Positions 37,951 through 47,603 of a stretch of 64,000 nucleotides of DNA are shown here, in pieces (position 1 is the first letter of the stretch; each line of letters begins with the position of its first letter). The notes beneath the pieces are model-generated. The model made no database searches and was not told the DNA's origin. It worked only from the letters and a program-made list of their open reading frames with translations. Origin of the DNA: Candidatus Dojkabacteria bacterium (GTDB lineage Bacteria > Patescibacteriota > Dojkabacteria > GCA-002793355); NCBI GenBank assembly GCA_030583825.1, contig CP129477.1, positions 446,308 through 510,307 on the forward strand, in the 5' to 3' direction. Both the position numbers and the translations under genes were made by a program.

Positions 37951-38919
37951 ATGATTTTTGCGAAGGATCTCACTAAAGAATTTCCTATTTTCAAAAGAGG
38001 TAAAGGGTTTCCCGGTGTGTTTTTTATCAAAGAGAGAAGTAAGTTTACTGCAGTTAAATCACTTGACCTCTCAATAGAAAAAGGCGAGTTTGTTGCATTC
38101 CTTGGCCCAAACGGCGCAGGAAAAACAACAACTCTAAAAATGCTCAGTGGCGTACTTCATCCCACAGAGGGAGAAATTTCCGTAAATGGATTTGTTCCTT
38201 ATGAGCGAAAAAAGCAATTCAAACGTGATATCAGCTTTGTCATGGCACAGAAGACCCAGCTTTTCCTGGAGCTTCCTGTTAAAGATACATTCACCTTTAT
38301 TGGAGAAATCTACGATGTTCCTAAATCAGAATATGACAAGAGAATCTCACACATGATTGAGCGTTTTGATCTTGGAGATAAGCTTGAAACTCTTGGCAGA
38401 AAGCTAAGCCTCGGACAAAGAATGAAATGTGAACTAGTATGTGCACTTATTTATCAGCCAAAGGTTTTATTTCTTGACGAGCCAACTATTGGGCTGGATA
38501 TTAACAGCGCAAAAGAGGTTCGAAATTTTCTTACAGAAATTAATAAAGAATTCGGCGTTACGATACTTTTGACTACTCACAATATGTCCGATGTTGAGGA
38601 ACTTTGCAATCGCACAATTGTGATTAATAAAGGAGAGAAAGTCTTTGATGGAAGTACCTCGGAGCTTAAAAAACTTTTTGGAACTAAGCGTGAAATAGAA
38701 TTTGTAGTAGAGAATCCGAAGCAATTAATTGCTCAACTTCAAAGCAATAAAGATATTGTGATAATGAATTCAACAGAGAGCTCGGTGAGAATTTCCTGCG
38801 AGAGATCTGGCGCTTCAAAAATAATTGCAGAAATTATGAATCAGGTTGAGGTTTTGGATATAAATTTCTACGATGCAGATCTTGCTGACATTGTAGGAAA
38901 ACTATACAGACAAGTGTAA
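37951..38919 (+). CDS. ABC transporter ATP-binding protein (ABC-2 type)
   Basis: Walker A GPNGAGKTT, signature LSLGQRMK, Walker B LFLDEPT, H-loop TTHNM. Confidence 0.85.
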   Translation: MIFAKDLTKEFPIFKRGKGFPGVFFIKERSKFTAVKSLDLSIEKGEFVAFLGPNGAGKTTTLKMLSGVLHPTEGEISVNGFVPYERKKQFKRDISFVMAQKTQLFLELPVKDTFTFIGEIYDVPKSEYDKRISHMIERFDLGDKLETLGRKLSLGQRMKCELVCALIYQPKVLFLDEPTIGLDINSAKEVRNFLTEINKEFGVTILLTTHNMSDVEELCNRTIVINKGEKVFDGSTSELKKLFGTKREIEFVVENPKQLIAQLQSNKDIVIMNSTESSVRISCERSGASKIIAEIMNQVEVLDINFYDADLADIVGKLYRQV

Positions 38920-38928
38920 TTCAGGCTT

Positions 38929-39702
38929 ATGAAAGGACTACAATCTTTTGTTATTGCGCATTTCAAGTACGCAGTCCGCGTTCCGTGGGGTGCTGTGACG
39001 TCGTTTTCTGTGTCGGTTGGTTACAGTGTTGTAATGACTCTCCAAATATTCTTTACGTATAAAATTACACAAACACCATTTCCCGATCTTCCATTTGAGT
39101 TATTTCTCCTGTGTTTTTTTATGAATCAGGTTATATTTTTCATAGGACTTGCCTGTGGAGTTGGAAATATAGGCAGATTTTGCCGTACTCTTATCAACGG
39201 CGGAATTGATATGATGTTGCTTCGTCCTGTTCCTATGGCCTTTTACATGTTTGCGCAAAGAATCCGAGTAGATCATATCACTATGCTGGGCATTTATGTC
39301 ATTTTATTTCTCTATCAATCTATTGCAATTGGCCTCGATTTCCCTCGTATCCTAATGCTTTCTCTGTATTGCTTTATTAGCGGGATTCTTTATTTTCTTC
39401 TTGTTGTTTTTTATAACGGAATAGGGTGCTTACTGAGAAATGTTGATAATATAAGAAGAGTTGCGACAAGCGCAGACGAATTGCTCCAAAACCGTCCACC
39501 CGAGATATTTCCTAGGCCTGTACAGTTCTTTTTTACGTTTGTTTTTCCTATGATGTTTGCCGGAAGCTATATTTTCGACCTTGTCCGCAATCGAGAGTCA
39601 CTGTTTATTTGGGTTATTCTTATATTTTGGCTAGCCGTTATATCCTTCCTGAATTGGGGATTGTGGCACCATATATTTAAAAACTACGAGAGTATAGGCT
39701 AA
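38929..39702 (+). CDS. ABC-2 family permease
   Basis: 257 aa, 6 TMs, directly downstream of ATPase. Confidence 0.5.
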   Translation: MKGLQSFVIAHFKYAVRVPWGAVTSFSVSVGYSVVMTLQIFFTYKITQTPFPDLPFELFLLCFFMNQVIFFIGLACGVGNIGRFCRTLINGGIDMMLLRPVPMAFYMFAQRIRVDHITMLGIYVILFLYQSIAIGLDFPRILMLSLYCFISGILYFLLVVFYNGIGCLLRNVDNIRRVATSADELLQNRPPEIFPRPVQFFFTFVFPMMFAGSYIFDLVRNRESLFIWVILIFWLAVISFLNWGLWHHIFKNYESIG

Positions 39703-40460
39703 TGAAGGCATATTGGTTTATTGTAAAAAACAGTTTTAAGTCATCTTCTCAATTTTTTATTGACCTTGTGTTTGCGGTGGCTAATCCCATCTTGCAGGTA
39801 CTTGGTTTGTTACTATTCTATTCTTTTGTTTTAAACCAGCAGACGGGACTCGATAGCTCTGTTGTTTTGTATTTTCTCTTTGTTATGATGACTTCCGGTG
39901 TAGAGCTGTTTCGTTTTGCAACAGATATTGGTCAGGATATAGAAAGTGACTACTACCTCACAATTGATAAATTGCCAATAAATCCGTTTGTTTATTACAT
40001 GCTCCAAAACTTAGGGAAAAATCTTGCTCCAATCACATTCTTGGGCATAGGTGTCTTGCCGATACTTATCTTTTACAAAGTTTCTGCCGCAATTATCATT
40101 CTCTTTTATATTGCAACTCTTCTCGCTCTTGTTATTTCTTATCTCATTTTCTTTATAGTAGGAGCTGCAAGGTTTTTTACCAGTGCACTTGAGCCGTGGC
40201 TTTTTGGAATAATTTTCCAATTTCTGAGTGGAAAATTGATCCCCATAACGTTTCTTCCGAGTCAATATTTCTCGTTGTTTTTAAGTTTTATGCCTTTCAT
40301 TTACGCTTCTGGTGCGTATGCAACGTACATTAGTGAGGGAAATCTCACAGGTTTGCTATTTGGAATGGGAATCGGAACATTGTGGTGCGGGATTCTCTTT
40401 GTGTTTGCTACCTTTTTATGGAACAAAGGAGTTTCTCGATATCAGGAATTAGGAGAGTAA
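39702..40460 (+). CDS. ABC-2 family permease (second subunit)
   Basis: 252 aa, 6 TMs, start overlaps previous stop. Confidence 0.5.
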   Translation: MKAYWFIVKNSFKSSSQFFIDLVFAVANPILQVLGLLLFYSFVLNQQTGLDSSVVLYFLFVMMTSGVELFRFATDIGQDIESDYYLTIDKLPINPFVYYMLQNLGKNLAPITFLGIGVLPILIFYKVSAAIIILFYIATLLALVISYLIFFIVGAARFFTSALEPWLFGIIFQFLSGKLIPITFLPSQYFSLFLSFMPFIYASGAYATYISEGNLTGLLFGMGIGTLWCGILFVFATFLWNKGVSRYQELGE

Positions 40461-40581
40461 GGTTTCTTGTCATAAAGTGAGTGGAAGAACGCCGAACTTA
40501 TTACCAAATATACGTGGATTATTGACGTGAATGCCTAGTTAGCTGACTGTATTTACAACACGCTTTCCTTTATAATGAAAT

Positions 40582-41460
40582 ATGACGATGAATCCAAATG
40601 GGGGATCAACTCCAGAACAACAGGGATATTCCACACAGCCGGGAATTGAGCCGGGTGCATTAGAATATTCCGGTCGGGATGCTCCTACTTTACAAGAAGA
40701 AGCGCCGGCACTTGGCGCTGAATTTCAGGCACCACCACAGGAAATGCCTCCTCAAGGCCAAGAAATGCCGTATTTACCCCCGGAAGCAGAGCAGCCGCAG
40801 TATGAGAGCACTCCGATGCAAACTGAATATCCAGGGCAGCCTACAGAAGCGCCTATGCCCAACATAGAAGGCACTTATGGGCCTCAGGAAGGCGCCACAG
40901 AGCCACAGAATGACCCAGAGGGCTATACAGAAACACCACAGACATTTGAACAGCCAGAAACCTATACGGTAACGCCAGATGGGCAAGAAGTCGTTACTCC
41001 AGAAAGTGCGCCAGTCCCTCAGCAGATGTATCATTTTCCTCAACAGGAAATGCAGCCACAGCAAACACCTCAGGTTGAAGCTCGACCTCAACAAATCCCA
41101 CAGCAGGAGTTATATACTCAGCAGGCAGAACGATTCGTTGAAACAAGCAGAACTCCGGAATTTCAAACACAGTTACGTGCAAGAAAGAGCAAAGAGGGGG
41201 AATTAGTCTATGTAAATCCGAATCTTGATCCATCTCTTGGACAGCAGGGAAGCTCTTCATCACAGGGACAGGTGACAACACAGCAAGTTACTTCACAAAT
41301 TGGGGGATATCCGGTAAGTCACACAGTTTCGGGTAATCCGCAGGCAGCACTTATTCAGCAAATTGTGCAAAGCGGAGATCCACACTCTGCAAATACATGG
41401 CATGCGGTCATTGTAAACAAGCTAGTAAAAGTATTGCTTCGGATGTTGCCGGGAAGCTAA
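40582..41460 (+). CDS. Pro/Gln/Glu-rich low-complexity protein
   Basis: 292 aa dominated by PQ(E) repeats; no TM; upstream of the coupling-protein gene, same strand. Confidence 0.4.
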   Translation: MTMNPNGGSTPEQQGYSTQPGIEPGALEYSGRDAPTLQEEAPALGAEFQAPPQEMPPQGQEMPYLPPEAEQPQYESTPMQTEYPGQPTEAPMPNIEGTYGPQEGATEPQNDPEGYTETPQTFEQPETYTVTPDGQEVVTPESAPVPQQMYHFPQQEMQPQQTPQVEARPQQIPQQELYTQQAERFVETSRTPEFQTQLRARKSKEGELVYVNPNLDPSLGQQGSSSSQGQVTTQQVTSQIGGYPVSHTVSGNPQAALIQQIVQSGDPHSANTWHAVIVNKLVKVLLRMLPGS

Positions 41461-41524
41461 CGTTTACTTCACCTCGCGGAGCATATTCAAAAGTTACAAA
41501 AGATAAAGGATTGTCGGGGGAAAT

Positions 41525-43984
41525 ATGATATACTTTGAGCAGATGACTGCCTCTTATTTAGTCGCACAACTGGGAACAAACGTATCACGATCGGCTGGGA
41601 CTTCAGGCAATTCCGACATATTTGTCACAATCATTTTTGTTATTATTTTCGTTTTAGCACTGCTTATTGCTGGTTTATTAACCTATTTATTGGCAAAAAA
41701 CGTACAAAACAAAGATCGTGAGGAAAAATCCTTACACTACACCATTTTTATTGTCAGAATGGCTCATGGAAATGAATCGCAGATTAAAGCAGCAGAGCAA
41801 ATGTTCAGCAGTTTGTATGGAATTTACGAAAAGAAGGGCATTATTGATCAAATGACGAAGGCCGACGAGGGGCTTTCTTTTGAAATTATTGCGTATCCAG
41901 AGCATATTGGCTTTTACGTATATGTCCCAGAAAGATTTGCACAACTTGCAGAAAAACAAATTCTTGGAGCATATCAAGATGCCGAAGTATTGCAGGTTCC
42001 AGAGCCAAACTTTTTTAAGGAGGGAGCGTCAGTTGTGAGTGGAACATTCGAAATTACCGACGAGCAATATCTTCCTGTAAAAACATATGCAGACTATGAA
42101 GAAAAAGCCGATCCTCTGACTTCAATCACAGGAGCATTCGCAAATATGATTGACGGTGAAGGTGGAGCATTGCAAGTGTTAATAACTCCGGCAGGTTCAG
42201 ACTGGTCATCGAGTGGGCAGAAATATATTCAAAAGATTAATGAGCATAATAACGATCCTGAAAAAAAGAATAAAATCACTGTTCCACAGGAGAAAATCCA
42301 GGCAATTCAGAAAAAGACAGCAAAAGTAGGATTCAAAGTAAATATTCGTGCCGTAATGTGTGCAGATACTCAAGACATGGCAATGGCACGATTAAATACA
42401 CTTGCAGGGTCAATTTCACAGCTTGCAAATCCGGGTCTAAACGGGTTCAAGTTCAAAAAGGTCGAAGGAAACGGGCTTCGTGAGTTTATGAACGACTTTG
42501 TCTATCGCCGAGTGTCTCCAACCAAAACGGTTTTGAATGTTGAAGAGCTTGCGACGATTTATCACTTTCCAAACCAGAATACGCAAACACCGAATATTGA
42601 ATGGCTTATTGCACGAAAAGCTGCTCCTCCTCCAAACTTACCGAAAGCTGGGTTGTGGGTTGGTGCATCTGCATACCGAGGCATTAATCGTGATGTATTT
42701 ATGGGTGATGACGACCGTCGCCGTCACACATACATTATTGGACAAACCGGTACAGGTAAATCATGGTTCTTAGCAAATATGATTTTGCAAGACATTTATA
42801 TGGGCAAAGGACTTGCATTGCTTGATCCTCACGGTGCAACAGTTGAGCAAGTTCTTGAGCGCATTCCTCCTGAAAGAGCCGAAGATGTCATTTATTTTAA
42901 CCCTGCAGATGTACAACGTCCGTTTGGAATGAACTATATAGAATTCCGCAACGAATACGAAAAGCACGAAATTGTGAACGGATTTCTTGGCTTGATGAAA
43001 AAGATGTTCGATCCGCACGATCAGGGTATTGTAGGCCCGCGATTTGAGCGTGCTGTACGAAATGCCATGCTTACGGTTATGGCAGAGCAGGGAAATACAT
43101 TGGTTGAAGTGTTGCGGTGTATCGCAGACGAGCAATTTGCTTTGTCATTCATGGATAAAATTGATGACGACGAAGTCCGAAACTATTGGCTGAAAGAAAT
43201 GGCCTCGACCGAGAAAAAAGATAAATCTGAAATTCTTGGATGGCTTACGTCAAAGTTTGACCGTTTTGTTACAAATATTTTAATTCGCCACATTATTGGG
43301 CAGAGTGAGTCATCGTTTAACTTCCGCCAGGTGATGGATAATAAGAAAATTTTGCTCGTAAACTTGTCGAAAGGTTTGATCGGCGAAGAAAACGCTCAAT
43401 TCTTGGGCTTGCTAGTTATTCCAAAGATTTTACGCGCAGCGCTCAGCCGCGAAGATATTCATGAATCCGAGCGTCAAGACTTTTACTTGTACGTTGACGA
43501 GTTTCAAAACTTTGCGACAGAAGACTTTGCGCAGATTTTGTCTGAAGCACGTAAATACCGCCTGAATCTTATAGTCGCGAACCAGTATATTCAGCAGATG
43601 TCTGAAAAGATCCGCAATGCGGTCTTTGGTAACGTTGGTACATTGGTCAGTTTCCGCGTTGGCGCAGGTGATGCAGAGTATCTTTCCAAAGAATTCGCCC
43701 CGGTATTTGAGGATCAGGACTTGATTAAGCTCGAAAACGCAAATGTGTACATAAAAACATTGATTAATGGTGTTGCAATGCCGCCATTCTCGATGAGCAC
43801 ATTTTATAACATTAATGAGCGCTATCCAAAGCACGAAAGAGTAGGCGATTTGATTAAGCAGTTGTCACGAACAAGATATGGCCGTGATGAGCAATATGTA
43901 AAAGAAGCTATCAAAATGAGGGCAGCCCGACCGGAAGTAGCAAAGCCTGCCCAACCGGCAATGAAACCTCCGCTTGTTTTCTAA
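41525..43984 (+). CDS. VirD4/TrwB/TraD-like type IV coupling protein (membrane-anchored FtsK-HerA-superfamily ATPase)
   Basis: N-terminal TM; HTYIIGQTGTGKSWFLANMILQDIYMGKGLALLDPHGATVEQ...VIYFNPADVQRPFGMNYIEFRNEYE parallels TrwB GATGTGKS...IVDPNGD...ILNPYDQRT...FFNEIRNDYD; Walker B YLYVDEFQNF; RKYRLNLIVANQYIQQ (RK...Q sensor). SD GGGGGAAAT before ATG. Confidence 0.6.
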   Translation: MIYFEQMTASYLVAQLGTNVSRSAGTSGNSDIFVTIIFVIIFVLALLIAGLLTYLLAKNVQNKDREEKSLHYTIFIVRMAHGNESQIKAAEQMFSSLYGIYEKKGIIDQMTKADEGLSFEIIAYPEHIGFYVYVPERFAQLAEKQILGAYQDAEVLQVPEPNFFKEGASVVSGTFEITDEQYLPVKTYADYEEKADPLTSITGAFANMIDGEGGALQVLITPAGSDWSSSGQKYIQKINEHNNDPEKKNKITVPQEKIQAIQKKTAKVGFKVNIRAVMCADTQDMAMARLNTLAGSISQLANPGLNGFKFKKVEGNGLREFMNDFVYRRVSPTKTVLNVEELATIYHFPNQNTQTPNIEWLIARKAAPPPNLPKAGLWVGASAYRGINRDVFMGDDDRRRHTYIIGQTGTGKSWFLANMILQDIYMGKGLALLDPHGATVEQVLERIPPERAEDVIYFNPADVQRPFGMNYIEFRNEYEKHEIVNGFLGLMKKMFDPHDQGIVGPRFERAVRNAMLTVMAEQGNTLVEVLRCIADEQFALSFMDKIDDDEVRNYWLKEMASTEKKDKSEILGWLTSKFDRFVTNILIRHIIGQSESSFNFRQVMDNKKILLVNLSKGLIGEENAQFLGLLVIPKILRAALSREDIHESERQDFYLYVDEFQNFATEDFAQILSEARKYRLNLIVANQYIQQMSEKIRNAVFGNVGTLVSFRVGAGDAEYLSKEFAPVFEDQDLIKLENANVYIKTLINGVAMPPFSMSTFYNINERYPKHERVGDLIKQLSRTRYGRDEQYVKEAIKMRAARPEVAKPAQPAMKPPLVF

Positions 43985-44120
43985 AAACATCGCTCGATTT
44001 CGCCTCGAATCCGCAAATATTGCTTAACGCTGCTTTGCAGCTACAAAATCTGCGGGATCTCGCCTCAATCTCGCTCTGTTTTGATGTACGTGTTTTCGGA
44101 ACAAATTGCGGGATAAGGGA

Positions 44121-44149
44121 TTGAATAAAATCCTATAGTATGATATAAT
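44121..44149 (+). promoter_or_regulatory. sigma70-type promoter
   Basis: TTGAAT - 17 bp - TATAAT upstream of CDS 44189. Confidence 0.4.
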
Positions 44150-44188
44150 ATTGCATCATTCTTTTTGTTCCACAAGGAGTTCCGGCAC

Positions 44189-44542
44189 ATGCAAATCCCA
44201 CAAGAAGTTCTCGATATACGCGATGTTCTCGTAGGTGAAAGTGACTATGGTATGTCAGATATTCCAGAAGATTTTAGTCTTGCGACTCATGTGCAAGATG
44301 AAATGCAAGGGATGTTTGAGCATATTGCTTTTACCCAAGAAGACGTTGCTTTGTTTCGTGAATTTCGGGAACACTTTCCTCAGGTTAGTGACATGATTCG
44401 AGTTATCGGCTGGAGAGTATTTCTCGAAGACAAGTCTTACGTAATATTCATTGACCAACGCACCAACAATTACGTGGGCTATGCCTATCTTCTAAACACC
44501 GATACCTTTGAGTGGATTCTCTCAGAATTCAAAAACCTCTAA
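44189..44542 (+). CDS. hypothetical acidic cytoplasmic protein
   Basis: Start chosen at ATG 44189, preceded by AAGGAG SD 8 nt upstream (ORF track begins at 44165); no motif recognised. Confidence 0.45.
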   Translation: MQIPQEVLDIRDVLVGESDYGMSDIPEDFSLATHVQDEMQGMFEHIAFTQEDVALFREFREHFPQVSDMIRVIGWRVFLEDKSYVIFIDQRTNNYVGYAYLLNTDTFEWILSEFKNL

Positions 44543-44560
44543 ACTCCCCTCGGAACCCAC

Positions 44561-44634
44561 TGCAGACTGCGCGGATTATTCCGTTCTTATCCTTATTCGC
44601 AGCCTGCAGTTCCCCTCTTTTTAAAATTCTGTCT
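44561..44634 (+). terminator. possible terminator (long-loop hairpin + T-run)
   Basis: ACTGCAGACTGCG...CGCAGCCTGCAGT inverted repeat (1 mismatch, ~36-nt loop) then TCCCCTCTTTTT. Confidence 0.3.
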
Positions 44635-44754
44635 ATCTTTTTTTCCTACTTCGTCGAAATTACCTTTGTATTTCTTATAATGTAGTACTGTCGGTAAAAG
44701 CTTAGTCATTGTATAATACCGTTGATAGTGGGCAACTGTTTACCAGAACGTAAA

Positions 44755-44826
44755 GGGCGTATAGCTCAGTGGTAGAGCACTGTTCTTATAAAGCAGCGGT
44801 CCATGGTTCGATCCCATGTACGCCCA
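44755..44826 (+). tRNA. tRNA with anticodon UAU (nominally Ile, decodes AUA)
   Basis: Acceptor GGGCGTA/TACGCCC, D-arm GCTC-AGTGGTA-GAGC, anticodon arm CTGTT-CTTATAA-AGCAG (TAT at 44787-44789), T-arm CATGG-TTCGATC-CCATG, discriminator A. Confidence 0.8.
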
Positions 44827-44865
44827 CTATCTTGTGTTTTTATCGAATTTAGGACTATAATTGTC

Positions 44866-45282
44866 ATGCAAGTCAGTAACGGTTTTCAAACTACCCAACA
44901 AATGCCTCAGCGTCCAGATATGCCGCCTCAAACTGGCGGTAATACTGCAACTTCTGCTGTATACGGCGTGGAATCACGAAAGTGGAACAGAATGGCACTT
45001 ATCAGCCTGGGAACGGCAGTTCTTTCTCTTTTTATTGGCATGTGTGGAGGACTATTTGCTATTCCGTTTGTTGTCGTATCGGGATTATCTGCATTTGCGG
45101 GCTTTTACCAGTTAAGAAAAGACAAAAAGCGTGGCCGCGAGCTAATTATCGCTGCTGTGATTATTGATGTTATTGCTGTAATTATTATCCTTTCAACGAC
45201 GTCACTTTTCCTTTTATTTGCGCCAACAACCCCACGAGAAGAAAGAGATACACCAAATGTTATCCAAAGTATTGATTATTAA
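44866..45282 (+). CDS. small Pro-rich N-tail / two-TM membrane protein (DUF4190-like)
   Basis: Start moved to ATG 44866 because the ORF-track start overlaps the tRNA; GMCGGLFAIPFVVVSGLSAFAGF and IIAAVIIDVIAVIIILS helices. Confidence 0.45.
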   Translation: MQVSNGFQTTQQMPQRPDMPPQTGGNTATSAVYGVESRKWNRMALISLGTAVLSLFIGMCGGLFAIPFVVVSGLSAFAGFYQLRKDKKRGRELIIAAVIIDVIAVIIILSTTSLFLLFAPTTPREERDTPNVIQSIDY

Positions 45283-45400
45283 TCCTCATCGCTCCTTCAG
45301 ACGTAAGTTCTCGGTTGATATACAGCTTACAAGTTCGCTGCAACCTGCGAGACGTCTTCAGTCACTTTTCGGATTATCATTTTTAGAGACTACTTACAAT

Positions 45401-46450
45401 CTATGATTGGGGATTCCTAAGAGGTTTGAGTGCTTCCAGCACTTTTTGTAATGCTTTTTCACTGTCGTCGGCGGAAATTCGTACTGCTGAGGCTTTGTCG
45501 TGACCGCCACCTCCAAGTTGTTCTGCTGCCAAACGCGCACTAAATTCATCTGTTTTTGAACGGAAAGATACTGTGTATTTGCCAACTTCATTCAAGTATG
45601 GGTACATAACAAATCCCCACTTTGAAGAGTCAATTGCAAGCATAATATGACTCATAACAAACTTTGCAGCAACGGAAATTGCTGGTTTTTTCAGCTCATG
45701 GCGGATTACGTCGTGGTCGTGAATGACTGCGTATGTTAAACCATCTTCGTCGCAGACCATGTTCGAAAGAAAGACCTCAAGAGACTTTACCCCGTATGCT
45801 GGGTATGTTGTCATGATTTCAGTCAAGTCCTGAATAGTGAACGTTGCACTCGTAAGCAGTTTCGGCATCGTGGAGAATGTATATTCCAGTGAGGGATGGT
45901 GATACTTAAATCGTTCAGTGTCACTCAAAATGCCGGCAAGAAGACAGTTCGCAATGTCTGCGGTAAGTGGGAGGTCTAGTTCATCGTGGAAAACTCTAAA
46001 TAATGTTTGTGCTGTAGAGCTATCTTCGCGGTTAATGAACAATGTAGACTCAATATTCTTGATTTCGACAGGATGATGGTCAATGACAATGGTAGGAATT
46101 TGATATTCGAATGCTGACTGCTTAATTTGTTCCGAAAATCGTGGAGAAACCATATGCCACATGTTAAAGTCGAGGAAAATCAATGCGTCTGGACGCTCGT
46201 GCATGAGTGTTTTGAATAGTCCATGCGTGTTAACACTACTAATTCCGGGCAAAAAAGAGAGCATTGCTGACATAGATTCGGCAAAGATACGAACATCTTT
46301 CACTTTGTAATGTGTCAGTAATATCTGGCGCAATGCAAGCAAAGATCCCATCGCGTCAACATCTGGGCTGGAGTGACAGGCAATAAAAATGCTGTTACTC
46401 TCTTTAATGATCTGGTCAAGTTGTTGTGTGGTCGTTGTGATATTCCCCAT
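45401..46450 (-). CDS. DHH-family phosphoesterase, NrnA-like (DHH + DHHA1)
   Basis: DHH motifs ACHSSPDVDAMGS, VIDHHP; DHHA1 GGGH near C-terminus. Confidence 0.7.
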   Translation of the reverse strand: MGNITTTTQQLDQIIKESNSIFIACHSSPDVDAMGSLLALRQILLTHYKVKDVRIFAESMSAMLSFLPGISSVNTHGLFKTLMHERPDALIFLDFNMWHMVSPRFSEQIKQSAFEYQIPTIVIDHHPVEIKNIESTLFINREDSSTAQTLFRVFHDELDLPLTADIANCLLAGILSDTERFKYHHPSLEYTFSTMPKLLTSATFTIQDLTEIMTTYPAYGVKSLEVFLSNMVCDEDGLTYAVIHDHDVIRHELKKPAISVAAKFVMSHIMLAIDSSKWGFVMYPYLNEVGKYTVSFRSKTDEFSARLAAEQLGGGGHDKASAVRISADDSEKALQKVLEALKPLRNPQS

Positions 46451-46471
46451 CTTGGTATAGTATTATATGCA

Positions 46472-47599
46472 ATGGCAGAAGTAAACACGGGAAAAACGAT
46501 AATAGTTCATCCGTTCCTGAAATACTACGGTGGAGCGGAGGCGATGCTCTCGGTACTTGCTCATAGTGTCTTTCCTGAATCTGACATTTTCACATTTGCA
46601 TATGACAAAGCAGTTCTCGACCAGCTAGGAATCGTTGAATCGAGGGTAAAATCCCCATTTAGGGACACTATGTGGTCAAAGTATTACCGCGAAATGTCAC
46701 TCTTTTATCCATCACTTATTGAGTCTGAGCTTTGGGAAGGGTACGACAACATTATTTCTCTCTCCTATGCATATGTTCATGGGCTTATTTCGCAGCCGGA
46801 TCAGTTTCACACGTCTTTTATTTTGACTCCAATGCGCTTACTTTGGCTTGGGGAGGAAGATCGTTTCTGGGCAAATAAATATCCAGTAATGCGGCATTTC
46901 TATCAAAAAGTTCTTTCACAGCAGCGATTGTGGGATGCAGCTGCGGCTAATCGTCCTGACCAGTTGGTGGCAATTTCGGAAGAAGTACAGTCACGAATAA
47001 AAAGTTTCTGGGGAAGAGATTCACAAGTAATTTATCCTCCAGTAGATGTGGAGTTTTTCCGTCCAAAAGAGCAAGTCAAAAAGAAGGACTATTTTATTAC
47101 TCATGCACGGCTTGTTCGGCATAAACGAATTGATTTGATGATTCAGGCATGTATTGCCCTTAAAAAGAAGCTTATTATTATTGGAGAAGGGCCGCTTTTT
47201 CCCGAATTGCAGGAACTTGCCGGCAAAAGTGAATATATTACGTTTTCTGGCTTTCTTACTGATCCTGACAAACGTTTTCTTATCCAGCAGGCCAAGGGAT
47301 ACTTATTCGCATCAAACGAAGATTTCGGTATTAGCCCTGTGGAAGCAATCTCTGCAGGTACTCCGGTACTTGCGTATCGCAAAGGTGGAGCATTGGAAAC
47401 TGTGCAGGCTGGAGTGAGCGGAATGTTTTTTGACAACCAAACGATTGAAAGTATTACCGAAGGAATTGTCCGCTTTGAAAAAGCCATAGACGCTGGTAAA
47501 TTCTCTTCAAAGATGTCGGAGACAACAGAGAAATTCAGCTCAAAACATTTTATAGCAAGCGTTCAAAAGCTTTTCACCTCAACCTCTAAAGGTTTATAA
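46472..47599 (+). CDS. GT-B fold glycosyltransferase (GT4/GT1-like)
   Basis: ATG 46472 (ORF-track GTG 46373 would overlap divergent gene). C-terminal EDFGISPVEAISAGTPVLAYRKGGALETVQAGVSGMFF is the canonical E-x7-E GT1 motif. Confidence 0.7.
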   Translation: MAEVNTGKTIIVHPFLKYYGGAEAMLSVLAHSVFPESDIFTFAYDKAVLDQLGIVESRVKSPFRDTMWSKYYREMSLFYPSLIESELWEGYDNIISLSYAYVHGLISQPDQFHTSFILTPMRLLWLGEEDRFWANKYPVMRHFYQKVLSQQRLWDAAAANRPDQLVAISEEVQSRIKSFWGRDSQVIYPPVDVEFFRPKEQVKKKDYFITHARLVRHKRIDLMIQACIALKKKLIIIGEGPLFPELQELAGKSEYITFSGFLTDPDKRFLIQQAKGYLFASNEDFGISPVEAISAGTPVLAYRKGGALETVQAGVSGMFFDNQTIESITEGIVRFEKAIDAGKFSSKMSETTEKFSSKHFIASVQKLFTSTSKGL

Positions 47600-47603
47600 G
47601 CTC

